A stretch of DNA of 28,794 nucleotides from Desulfobacterales bacterium (GTDB lineage Bacteria > Desulfobacterota > Desulfobacteria > Desulfobacterales > UBA11574), in the NCBI GenBank assembly GCA_036447975.1, contig JAZFVY010000162.1, forward strand, positions 1 to 28,794, given 5' to 3'. This document shows positions 18,201 through 26,949 of this stretch, one piece after another (the first letter of the stretch is position 1; each line of letters begins with the position of its first letter). The notes beneath the pieces were generated by a model. The model had not been told where the DNA came from, ran no database searches, and was given only the letters and a program-made list of their open reading frames with translations. The position numbers were made by a program, and so were the translations under genes.

Positions 18201-18767
18201 CTAACCTGGTTTTTTCATCTGAAGATGCATCCAGGTTCGTTGGATTGACAGGATCGTTAGGGCATCTGTGATGCGGCCTTTATCAATCATTTGCATCACT
18301 TCGTCCAGGGGGTATTCGACTACGTCAAGTATCTCATCCTGGTCAAGATTCTGTTCGGATGCAGTCAAGTCCCTGGCCAGATACACGTAGATTTTTTCGT
18401 TAGAATAGGCCGGAAGGATGTGGATTTGAGCAAGTTCGATGAATTCATTTGCCTTCAGCCCTGTCTCTTCTTCCAGTTCCCGCCTTGCGCACGTTCCCGG
18501 AGATTCACCTGGTTCCATGGTCCCTGCAGGAATTTCCAGTATGTAATCTTCGACAGCATGTCTGTATTGCAATGTCATGACAACGGTTTTATTATCCCGC
18601 AACGGGACAATCGCTGTTGAACCCGGATGGCGTACCATGGCCATCTTCGACCTTATTCCGTTTGGAAGCGTTACATCTTCAGTTACAAAGGAAAAAAGCT
18701 TACCCCTGTAAATTTCTTCCGATTTGTTGACTTTTGCTTTTGGCCAAAGCGTTTCTTTTGCAGTCAT
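18201..18767 (-). CDS. NUDIX hydrolase, ADP-ribose pyrophosphatase (NudF-like)
   Basis: IYRGKLF...DVTLPNG...VRHPG, QYRHAV...LEIPAG, Nudix box GTMEPGESPGTCARRELEEETG, and NLDQDE. Confidence 0.92.
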   Translation of the reverse strand: MTAKETLWPKAKVNKSEEIYRGKLFSFVTEDVTLPNGIRSKMAMVRHPGSTAIVPLRDNKTVVMTLQYRHAVEDYILEIPAGTMEPGESPGTCARRELEEETGLKANEFIELAQIHILPAYSNEKIYVYLARDLTASEQNLDQDEILDVVEYPLDEVMQMIDKGRITDALTILSIQRTWMHLQMKKPG

Positions 18768-18781
18768 TACCTATTGTCTAC

Positions 18782-19726
18782 CTATTCCCACTCCATACCC
18801 TTGCTGTAACCGTAAGGTGCCCGGGTAAGGGGTGTAACAATGCGTTCTTCAGGGAGCTTACGGTCCGGCGGACCGTCATAGTATTCGGGCTTCTGTAATG
18901 AAAGATCCAGGGGTTGTACGATCTTTGCCGTTGAAGAGGCCCTCCATCCCTTCTCTCGTGTTTGTTCTTCGTAAGCATGAGCGACGATGCTCACAGATCT
19001 CGAAATCGCACAAAAAGCCAGGCACTCCACCGGCTCAAACCCCATGTCAACCAAACTGGCTGCTATCGCACCGGCAATATTCATGTAAATAGTTCGCCCC
19101 CAATATTTCTTGGTGGCCGCCTCGATGGCCTCTACCATTCTGACATGCTCCCCGGCGATACCGAATTGTTCAGCCAACTCGATCACCCTTGGGGCTCTAA
19201 GATCTTTCATATGTTGAGGATGGTGCCATCCCGGAAGGACTCTTCGCTCCCCAAATAACTTCACGAATTCCAGGTCCTTCTCCTCCTTAGTTCTGATGTT
19301 CCTGCAGATAAAATCCGCACCTTCCTCATTACTCCACCCTTTATCTTTTGTAAGTTTTACAATCTTAATCCAGACCTCAGCCGCCTCATGGGCATCCACA
19401 TGAGTGAAGCCGATGCTAAGGAGTCCCCCTGCCATTGCAGGCATGATATAACCTGCCCCGGACATCACGAAACGAGCAGAAGCCGATGAGGGGGACATGG
19501 CGTGTTCTGCAAAGATCACTAATAATGCATCGATCATTTTGGCCACGTTTGTGGGAGGGATTTCCCCCTTCCAAACCAGAGAAAGCATCTCGGCAAAACT
19601 GATGTTACCCGCAAGCTCGTTCACGTCATACCCCCTAACGACGATTCGATCCAGAACCTTGTATGAGATAGCTGTCTGCCAGTGAAATGGCTCTCTCTCC
19701 TCTGCTGTCTTCTTCTCTTTAGTCAT
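18782..19726 (-). CDS. Citryl-CoA lyase / small citrate-synthase-fold protein (copy C)
   Basis: WQTAIS...IVVRGY...L.GNISFAE...KGE.P, AEH, GFTH, PGWHHP...D.R, MNIAGAIAA...MGF, SR...AH.YEE and Y.GP.DR.LP. The start is probably ATG 19726 (RBS AAAGGAG). Confidence 0.88.
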   Translation of the reverse strand: MTKEKKTAEEREPFHWQTAISYKVLDRIVVRGYDVNELAGNISFAEMLSLVWKGEIPPTNVAKMIDALLVIFAEHAMSPSSASARFVMSGAGYIMPAMAGGLLSIGFTHVDAHEAAEVWIKIVKLTKDKGWSNEEGADFICRNIRTKEEKDLEFVKLFGERRVLPGWHHPQHMKDLRAPRVIELAEQFGIAGEHVRMVEAIEAATKKYWGRTIYMNIAGAIAASLVDMGFEPVECLAFCAISRSVSIVAHAYEEQTREKGWRASSTAKIVQPLDLSLQKPEYYDGPPDRKLPEERIVTPLTRAPYGYSKGMEWE

Positions 19727-20140
19727 TGGTAACTCCTTTCTCGACATTCAGGGTCACTTTAAAGGTTTTTTTCTGTCTTTTAAATTTACACGTTTGGGAT
19801 TCACTTCCTCCTAAAAATTCGATACGTCTTATCAGTTGGTATCCTGTTCCTGAACAAAATGAACATGGCATCCAAAAACTGTACTGTGAGATTTGTTATT
19901 ATTCTGCCGAACTTTTTGAAAAATTACAAGGTCAAAAAAAATGATCATCCCCAAAGGAAAAATGATTTAATTGTTTTCTTGAAAGCGTAGATGAAAATAT
20001 ATGCTAATTGAATTGAGTAAAGAGAGCTTTAGTGGCAAAGCACAACAACCCATTACTGTATATCATGGTAATGAGATAGTAATGGGTTATATTTTTTCTG
20101 AGAGTTCACGCTTTGTTCAATGAGGCGGGCTAGATCACAA

Positions 20141-20530
20141 CTATATTTTCAAATCCCACAAACCGCGATGGCCGCGTGACGGTAAAGGATCGTGAATACA
20201 CTTAATATCCGTCAGCTTCCAGGCATACCAGCCCGGCTTAAAGTCGCCAAAAGCATACTCTGGATAGCACGGACAATTCTCACTCGTAATTACCCGGCAA
20301 TCCACCAAGCTGCATGTTGCTACGATAACACCTTGAGGCAGTTCATCATAAGCCAAACCGGCAGATGCAAGAACACTGCGGTAATATGGGTCATCTACCG
20401 GCACCGCTTTTTTGGCCGCATGGATTGCCAAAGGCCCCCGGTACCTTGTGGACCATGATTTCGTTTCAATTGTCTTTGCTCCTATGGACACCAAAGAGGC
20501 CCAGGGTTGATATAACGTGATAGCTTTCAT
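20141..20530 (-). CDS. ASCH (PUA-like) domain protein
   Basis: MKAITLYQPWASLV..GAKTIETKSW.T.YRGPLAIHAAK, P.GVIVA...L.D and RGHRGLW. Confidence 0.93.
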   Translation of the reverse strand: MKAITLYQPWASLVSIGAKTIETKSWSTRYRGPLAIHAAKKAVPVDDPYYRSVLASAGLAYDELPQGVIVATCSLVDCRVITSENCPCYPEYAFGDFKPGWYAWKLTDIKCIHDPLPSRGHRGLWDLKI

Positions 20531-20536
20531 TAGGAT

Positions 20537-21169
20537 CTATTTGCGGGTCAAAATTGTTCTTCCCGGAAATGCTTTACTGATCAGTTCTGCGGCGATTTCC
20601 TTATCACAGACTCCAAAATCATCACTTGTTCCCGAAACAATTATATTGCCGTTAGCCTTAAACTGAACAAAGGCCCCGCCCGCCGGAGTGACGTGAGAAT
20701 TGACAAACCCCAGGTCCCGAATTTCCTCTTCGGTGTTTTTTAATATCTCGCGATGCCAGTCGTCTCCTGAGCGAAGGCAAACCATTCCCTCGATCACACC
20801 ACCTGAAAATGAAACCAGAAGAATCTTCCCCCTGTACCCTTCAGGCAGTTCGACTAGAGGAATCAATTTCTCCAGGTCAAGCCCATGGACTCGAAAAATC
20901 TTCAGTGCCCGAATCCGGCGGCTTAATCGATTTGCCGACCTTATTTCGCCTTTAGAGTGATCATAACGGGTTTTTTCCTTCAAAGAATCAATAATGGGCT
21001 CGAAGTCTGATTCCTGAAGCGACACCTGACATTCATTCATGGCAGTCATTGCCAATTCCAGCTTGACGGCCCTCAAGTAAGCAAGCACATGTTCTTTGCC
21101 CTCATGAACCTCTCGGCATATTGATGCGATATCACTACTTTCAGTATGATTCATTTGTTGCCACGCCAC
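20537..21169 (-). CDS. Hypothetical protein with a C-terminal Janus/Ocnus (phosphohistidine phosphatase PHPT1-like) domain
   Basis: The C-terminal 100 aa align by eye with PHPT1: GKILLV / LRSGDDWHREI / AGGAFV / IIVSGTSDDFG / IAAELISKAFP. The N-terminal half is helical and unrecognised. Confidence 0.6.
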   Translation of the reverse strand: MAWQQMNHTESSDIASICREVHEGKEHVLAYLRAVKLELAMTAMNECQVSLQESDFEPIIDSLKEKTRYDHSKGEIRSANRLSRRIRALKIFRVHGLDLEKLIPLVELPEGYRGKILLVSFSGGVIEGMVCLRSGDDWHREILKNTEEEIRDLGFVNSHVTPAGGAFVQFKANGNIIVSGTSDDFGVCDKEIAAELISKAFPGRTILTRK

Positions 21170-21248
21170 TTTTCGATTTTAATTCAAGCCGTGATCCGTC
21201 AACGAACCAGACTGACGGGTTTTCTGCTCCCCGGGTGTAAAAGACTGC

Positions 21249-21974
21249 CTAAAAGGTTTTCAAATCAGTACGAATCAGGCCGCGCAGTTGGTTCAGACTG
21301 GTTATGACAGGTGCTGTTGTTTCCACCTCCGGCCATGAGCGGCGTACTGAATAGTGTTTTATCCAGATGGGACGAATACCGGCATCACTTGCCCCGCAAA
21401 TGTCAATGCGCCAGTCGTCACCCACGAAAACCGCTTCAGCAGGGCCAACCCCAAGTCTTTCCAGACATAAACGAAAAGGAGCGGCGTCGGGTTTGGGCGG
21501 CACACCCGATTCACCGGCCACGATAATGACCTTGAAAAACCTTTCGAGTTCCGGGAACGAACTGATACGGTGGTTATCTGAAGCCCTTTGACCCTGGGTG
21601 TTGGTAATCAGGGCCAGCTGATATTCAACGGCAAGATCCCCCAACACCTGCACCGCTTCGGGAAATGGAGTCGTATGTGCCTTAACCGTATCCCAGTACC
21701 CGTTTTCCCACTTTTCAGTGCACCCCAAGTCGGGTTTACGGTTGAAATGAAGATAAACCGCCTGCCAGATGGCTTTCCGTGATAATATGGACTTTTCGTG
21801 ACATTCTCTTCGAATCCTTCGATAGCTTGAAATAAAGGTTTCCCATGATGTGAGGCTGAGATTCGAATAGATCTTAATCTGCGCCTCTTTTTCTGCGGCA
21901 CGGAACCCGTTGGCCGAATTCGCCAAGGTTTGACCAAAATCAAAAAGTACGGCCTTTATCACGGCATCATCCAA
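21249..21974 (-). CDS. HAD-superfamily hydrolase, subfamily IA
   Basis: Motif I VLFDFGQTL, motif II LITNTQG, motif III PKPD and motif IV FVGDDWRIDI.GA..AGI. Confidence 0.92.
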   Translation of the reverse strand: MDDAVIKAVLFDFGQTLANSANGFRAAEKEAQIKIYSNLSLTSWETFISSYRRIRRECHEKSILSRKAIWQAVYLHFNRKPDLGCTEKWENGYWDTVKAHTTPFPEAVQVLGDLAVEYQLALITNTQGQRASDNHRISSFPELERFFKVIIVAGESGVPPKPDAAPFRLCLERLGVGPAEAVFVGDDWRIDICGASDAGIRPIWIKHYSVRRSWPEVETTAPVITSLNQLRGLIRTDLKTF

Positions 21975-22061
21975 CTTTATTGACGATTTTGGATTGAAAA
22001 TTGTCTGTCTTGGGGTAAAGCGTGCAACGGTTATTCTTCAACAGACAATCTTCAATTCTGA

Positions 22062-23453
22062 TCAATCCCTTCCCCATTTCTTCAGATAATCTCCAAAAAG
22101 CTCCTCGTCTGTAGATATATGCTCTGGGATGGGGACAGAAAGCCAGGTATAGTTTAAAAAATGCCGCCAGTTGATGTTATCCGTGGTCATGTTGCCGGCC
22201 CAGGTGCCGCCGCCTAGCGTATCGGTGACCGGTTGGCCGTTAAACCAGCTTCCGCTGTTGGCCATGGCATGAGGCATGTTGCAGTTGACGCGGCCTACAT
22301 TGGCTTTTATGGAAAGTTCTATCTGGCGATCTTCTCTCGTGCTGTGGAGGGATGCGGAATGACCTTCCCCTGAATATTTGTGCATCTGTTTCATGCGTTC
22401 GATCATCTCGCTGAAATCCGTCCATTTCCACACGGTCAGAACCGGACTGATTTTCTCGCCGGAGAATTGGTCTTCAGGCCCGGGTTTTGTCCCGAGAACC
22501 ATGAGGAACCGCGTATTTTCGGGAACGTCAAGGCCCGCGTTTTTGGCAATAAAGGGTGCTGGTTTGGCCACGATATCACGGTTGAGCATGTTCCCGTCCG
22601 GCCACATGTAATTTCCAAGCTTTTCCCGCTCCTGCGTACTGCACATGTAGCCACCTTCGGCCTCAAACAGGCCGATCATTTTGTCAAAGACAGATTCTTC
22701 AATGGCAACGGCGTTTTCCGAAGAACAGGATGCGGAGTTGTTAGCGCACTTGGACATCACGATTTTTTTGGCTGCCCCGGCATGATCGGCGGTTTCATCA
22801 ATGATCGATACCACGTTTCCTGCGCTGACCGTTTGTGCCGGCTTGCCCGCAGCATAAACCACCTTCACCAGCGCCGCGCCGCCCGTGGCCACGGCAAAAT
22901 CACAATTGGCCATCAATTCGGATGTCTTGGAGTGGCTTGTATTTTTGATACACTGCATCAGGTCCACCGGCGCATCGATCTTTTTGAGCGCCTTTCTGGC
23001 ATGCTGAACAGTAAGATAGGAACTCCCCTGGGTTCTTGGGTGGGGGGTTACAATCATGGCGTTTCTTGTTTTCAAAGTGCTGAGCCCGAGACAACAGATG
23101 GTCGATTCGGGGTTGGTACAGGGCACCACGTTGGCAATGACGCCTATCGGTTTGGCAAATATTTTCAGCCCCTTTTCTTCGTCTACCTTGATAAGGCCGC
23201 AGGTCTTAACACCGATTTGGTCCCGCATGGTGCCGCGTGTCTTGCTTTGTATCTTTGCCACCTTGTCTTCGTAAACACCGATTCCGGATTCATCAACGGC
23301 CAGTCCGGCCAGAGCCTTGGCCGTCTCGGGTTTCTGAAGTTCCCAGCCCACTGCGGCCACCATCTCGTCGACTTTCTCCTGGGGCCAGAATTCAATTACT
23401 TCAAAAGCTTTTCTGGCTTTTTTATACATTTCCTGAATGTTGTCTTCTTCCAT
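22062..23453 (-). CDS. CoA-acylating aldehyde dehydrogenase, SauS (sulfoacetaldehyde dehydrogenase)-like clade
   Basis: QEKVDEMVAAVGW, DKVAK...KTRG, PIGVIA...PCTNP, ATGG, GNV.SIIDE, catalytic SCSSEN, FSGEKISPVL, GHS.SLHS and the SauS-like tail GTWAGN..TDNINWRHFLN.T....PI.E......LFGDY. RBS GGAGG. Confidence 0.85.
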   Translation of the reverse strand: MEEDNIQEMYKKARKAFEVIEFWPQEKVDEMVAAVGWELQKPETAKALAGLAVDESGIGVYEDKVAKIQSKTRGTMRDQIGVKTCGLIKVDEEKGLKIFAKPIGVIANVVPCTNPESTICCLGLSTLKTRNAMIVTPHPRTQGSSYLTVQHARKALKKIDAPVDLMQCIKNTSHSKTSELMANCDFAVATGGAALVKVVYAAGKPAQTVSAGNVVSIIDETADHAGAAKKIVMSKCANNSASCSSENAVAIEESVFDKMIGLFEAEGGYMCSTQEREKLGNYMWPDGNMLNRDIVAKPAPFIAKNAGLDVPENTRFLMVLGTKPGPEDQFSGEKISPVLTVWKWTDFSEMIERMKQMHKYSGEGHSASLHSTREDRQIELSIKANVGRVNCNMPHAMANSGSWFNGQPVTDTLGGGTWAGNMTTDNINWRHFLNYTWLSVPIPEHISTDEELFGDYLKKWGRD

Positions 23454-23637
23454 AACCTTTTTTCTCCTCCATTTTGTAAAAAATTATATGAGTTAAGAAA
23501 ATTAATTGTGAATCAGGGCCGGCAATCAAGGGCATTTCGTCGACAATAATTGTTTTTGAGACCTGTAACCGGAACAAAGGTCCTCCGTTTACAGTGGTCT
23601 TAACAGTTGTTCAACCTTTTTTGGGGTAAAAGTACCT

Positions 23638-24774
23638 CTATTTTTTAATGGGAATCGTGTAGCCCATCTCTTTGAAGGCATCTTTTGCCACAACAAAAAA
23701 GTCCTCAATATCCTTGTAGGTGATCTGGCCCAAATTGCATAACCTGAACGTTTTGACCCCGAACATTTTACCCGGATAGATGGTAAACCCTCGATCATAA
23801 CAATAGTCATGAAGCTTAAAAAAATCGAATTTATCATCTTCAGGCGCCTTGACCGTTACGACAAGACGCCCCTGAATCTTCTTGTCGATGACGGATTCCA
23901 GACCGATCTCTTTCAAGCCTTTATGAATTGCCTCCCAACATTTAGTCAAACGGTCCCAGCGGGCCTGTTCGCCTTCTTCCCAATACTCCTCTATGGCTTG
24001 CCGTAAAGCATAGATGGTCTGGACCGGCGGGGTAAAATGCATCTCTCCCACTCTTTCAAGAAAATCGTATTGCATGTAAAGGTTACAGTAGTAGGAACGT
24101 GTGGGATAATCTTTGGACTTTTTTATTTCTTCTATGTTGCCGACCAGCCATGAAGCACCGGTCATGGCGGCAAGTCCTTTCTGGGCGGAAGACATCAGAA
24201 AATCGATATTCTCCTTTTCAATATCAATAGGCATTAACCCGTAAGTAGAGATGGTGTCGACAATGAAAACACATCCGTTGTCATGGGCGATTTTACCGAT
24301 CTCTCTGACCGGATTTAAGACACCGGTACCGGTTTCATGATGAACCGTTGCCACCACGACGATGTCTTTATCTTTTTGCAATGTTTCTTGGACGACATCC
24401 AAATCGGGCAGACCTGTGGTTGGAAATTCAAGGTTCACACAGGGGATATGGTAATAATCAGCGATTTCCGCCATCCTGGCCGAATAGGCGCCGTTGTTTA
24501 CAATACATATTTTTTTATTTTCAGGAACAAGCGAATTGACACAAACATCCTGTATGATCGTGCCGGACCCGGTAAAGATGACTGCCGTATATTTTTCGGG
24601 ATCAGCGTTGCCAATCTTGACCAGCTCTTTGCGAATATCGATCATTATATCGACAAACTCTTGCTCTCTGGGGCAAATATCCGGCACGACCTGGGCATAT
24701 TTTACCGAATCGCTGGTTGTCGCCGGACCGGGGTTCAACAAAATGTTTCGCTTAACAGGTTTGACCACCTCCAT
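23638..24774 (-). CDS. phnW: 2-aminoethylphosphonate-pyruvate transaminase (class V PLP)
   Basis: LLNPGPATTS.SVK.AQVVPDICPRE.EF, GSGT, NNGAY..RM, VHHETGTG.LNP, VDTIS, SSAQKG (PLP lysine), FTPP and FTIYPGK. The true start is ATG 24774 (RBS GAGGAGG); the tracked ORF is 31 codons too long. Confidence 0.92.
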   Translation of the reverse strand: MEVVKPVKRNILLNPGPATTSDSVKYAQVVPDICPREQEFVDIMIDIRKELVKIGNADPEKYTAVIFTGSGTIIQDVCVNSLVPENKKICIVNNGAYSARMAEIADYYHIPCVNLEFPTTGLPDLDVVQETLQKDKDIVVVATVHHETGTGVLNPVREIGKIAHDNGCVFIVDTISTYGLMPIDIEKENIDFLMSSAQKGLAAMTGASWLVGNIEEIKKSKDYPTRSYYCNLYMQYDFLERVGEMHFTPPVQTIYALRQAIEEYWEEGEQARWDRLTKCWEAIHKGLKEIGLESVIDKKIQGRLVVTVKAPEDDKFDFFKLHDYCYDRGFTIYPGKMFGVKTFRLCNLGQITYKDIEDFFVVAKDAFKEMGYTIPIKK

Positions 24775-24817
24775 TTTAATTCCTCCTCTAAATTCAAATT
24801 CAAGCAAAACCGACAGG

Positions 24818-25864
24818 CTACATCCTTCCCACTTTCTTGATTCCCGACTTTTTACTGGGATCTTCAACTTCTTCTACAATGCCAAACCCGCTGCCGTAGA
24901 GTTTCTGTCTTTCGGTAAAGGCCTTCTTCCATTCATCAGGCGTTCGAGTGAGTGCCGGTTTTGCATTTTTATTCCGATCTTTCATTGGAGGAACCTGCCT
25001 GTCGGAAGGTCCGTCGTAATCTTCTTTAGGTGTTAATTCCTGTCCCTGCCGCGTATACGCTCCTCTTTCAATTTCTTCGATATAATGGGCTCCGGCAGCA
25101 AAAGAGCGGGTAACCGCCAGGATGACCCAAGTCGCCTCCGGGGTAAAACCCAGATCCATCATGGTGGCACCGGTGGCGCCGAGCATGTCTAGATCCACGG
25201 GTTCGGCGCTTGCTCTTTGGGCCGCCTTGACGATTGCTTTAGTGAATGCGATGTATTTGCCTGCCAGGCCGAGCTTTTCCGCACGTGCAAACATGCGTTT
25301 GGCTGCCTGGTCTTTTAGCATCAGACTGGAAACCCCCAGGGCTTCATCATTCAAGTTCTCCTTGACCAATAGTTCGGCCGCTTCTTCAAGGGACATGCTT
25401 TCTTCTTCAGCATTTTTTAAATACTTCTCGAGTCTGTTTCCAAATGCCGAGTACGCTCCGTAGGCATGTCCGAAGGCCAATATGGATGCGCCGCAAGCCT
25501 GAGTTAAAAAGGTTTTAGATCTGGCAACGATCCTTGACATTACCGCCGGCATGGACAGTCCGTCTTCCAAGGCCAGAATCATAACGTAATTCAACATCTT
25601 TTCTTCTTCGATTAATGGTATTCTGGCCTGTAAATCCACGAAAAGAACGTCAACCATACCATAGCCTTCTTCCATGAGTTCAGTGGTATCGAATCCCCGG
25701 GCAACGATCCGGTGAACGTTCTTGTAAGCGACTTCGGAAACCCACTGAAAAGGCGCCCTTGTGGTGTCAAGAGATACAGTACCGTACTCTCTTTTACTAT
25801 AGTCATAAGGCATTTTATCACTATCTAAATTCCCAATGCCTTTTTTATCACCTATATCACCCAT
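24818..25864 (-). CDS. Citryl-CoA lyase / citrate-synthase-fold protein (copy B, degenerate active site)
   Basis: WVSEV...IVARGF...L, LEDG, FGHAYG, DMLGA.GA.MMDLGF, TRSF..GAH.IEE and YDGPSDR.VP. The start overlaps the upstream paralogue by 13 nt. Confidence 0.85.
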   Translation of the reverse strand: MGDIGDKKGIGNLDSDKMPYDYSKREYGTVSLDTTRAPFQWVSEVAYKNVHRIVARGFDTTELMEEGYGMVDVLFVDLQARIPLIEEEKMLNYVMILALEDGLSMPAVMSRIVARSKTFLTQACGASILAFGHAYGAYSAFGNRLEKYLKNAEEESMSLEEAAELLVKENLNDEALGVSSLMLKDQAAKRMFARAEKLGLAGKYIAFTKAIVKAAQRASAEPVDLDMLGATGATMMDLGFTPEATWVILAVTRSFAAGAHYIEEIERGAYTRQGQELTPKEDYDGPSDRQVPPMKDRNKNAKPALTRTPDEWKKAFTERQKLYGSGFGIVEEVEDPSKKSGIKKVGRM

Positions 25865-26748
25865 TTTTTGTATTCTCCTTCCTCTTTTTGTTTCATGGCG
25901 TATTCCTGGCGTTCTTCCTGCTTCGGTACGACCCGGTCTTCGGGTCCGATATATTTTATCATGGAAAGATCAATCATCTGCACCATGGGCTCATTTCGCG
26001 ATGCCCCCCAGGCACGCCCTTTTTTCATGGTGTACAATGCATGGGTGGCACAACTGAAGCCACGGGTGACACTGCCGATACACCAGCCTGCATTCGGTGA
26101 AAAGCCGATCTCCATTAACGCGGTGTTACCTGCCCCCACCACGTTCACACCCACATAGGATTTTCCCTCTCTCTTTCGCCTGGCGTGAAAGTGCTTTTCG
26201 AGTGCTCTTTGGAACTCCAGATAGACACCTTCCAGCTCTAATTCTTCCTGCTTAACATGAATCGGTTCGGCCCTGGGGTCGCTGTTGATGTGCTGCGGCT
26301 GTCCCATGCCCATTACCGGTTTTCCGGCATCCAAATATTCATCGACTAGAATTTTGGCTATTTCGTCGAGGGTTTTCCCCTCCTCATGCGCCTTCGCGAT
26401 GTATTTGTTGACCATGTATCCATGGGCGGCCCCTGGCCCATGAACACCGCCAAATGTCATAATTGATGCTGCCACGGCGCAGGGAAGATTCGGTCTTCCG
26501 GCACTGACTCCGATGGCACCCACCGCCGAAGGCGACATCGAGTGCTCCAAAAAGACACCCATCTCGTACTTGAGCATTTTTTCTTCCTTTTCAGCGGGAA
26601 TTCGATTTTGGAAAAGGACAAAGAGTGCGTCATAAAACGAATAACCTTCCTCTGCCAGTTCACTCAGATTGTAACCTCTCATGACAGTCTTTTCTTCTGT
26701 CTTGTAGGAAATCGACGTCTTTCTTCGGAACAATGGTTCTCTGTCCAT
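25852..26748 (-). CDS. Citryl-CoA lyase / citrate-synthase-fold protein (copy A)
   Basis: KTSIS...VMRGY.L.EL...SF.DA, LEHSMSPS, FGGVHGPG, GMGQP...DPR, VNVVGA, MEIGF, TRG...H and Y.GPEDR.VP. RBS AGGAGG. Confidence 0.88.
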   Translation of the reverse strand: MDREPLFRRKTSISYKTEEKTVMRGYNLSELAEEGYSFYDALFVLFQNRIPAEKEEKMLKYEMGVFLEHSMSPSAVGAIGVSAGRPNLPCAVAASIMTFGGVHGPGAAHGYMVNKYIAKAHEEGKTLDEIAKILVDEYLDAGKPVMGMGQPQHINSDPRAEPIHVKQEELELEGVYLEFQRALEKHFHARRKREGKSYVGVNVVGAGNTALMEIGFSPNAGWCIGSVTRGFSCATHALYTMKKGRAWGASRNEPMVQMIDLSMIKYIGPEDRVVPKQEERQEYAMKQKEEGEYKKWVI

Positions 26749-26949
26749 TATTTTCCTCCTGTTTTAAGTTATATAATAATTGTAGCCTAACTTTTCAATT
26801 TGTATGAATTTCGCAGAGCCTTTTGCGGCTCTCCAACCATTTGTTTCCAGGATTCGTGTCGTACCGTTAAATGCCTTTTATTCCGTAACTTAAGCCTAAA
26901 GCGGCTCTCTTTGAAATATTAATTTTAACAATTAATACCTAATAAAAAC

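Noticed and set aside
18164-18202. AGAGGTGC...GCACCTCT hairpin resembling a lysine riboswitch 5' end
   Set aside because: Only 39 nt, at the 3' end of the NUDIX gene, with none of the other riboswitch helices. At most a terminator-like stem without a clear U-tract on the minus strand.
21249-21974. Calling the HAD protein phosphonatase PhnX
   Set aside because: It lacks DWAGT and the cap-domain MG..K..H Schiff-base motif.
22380-23549. 389-aa plus-strand ORF
   Set aside because: Antisense shadow of the clearly homologous ALDH gene, with no recognisable motifs. The other short overlapping ORFs in the track were dismissed for the same reason.
24818-26748. Annotating the CS-fold genes as citrate synthase gltA or a functional citryl-CoA lyase
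   Set aside because: They are too short for GltA and lack the catalytic Asp; copy B also lacks the His residues.
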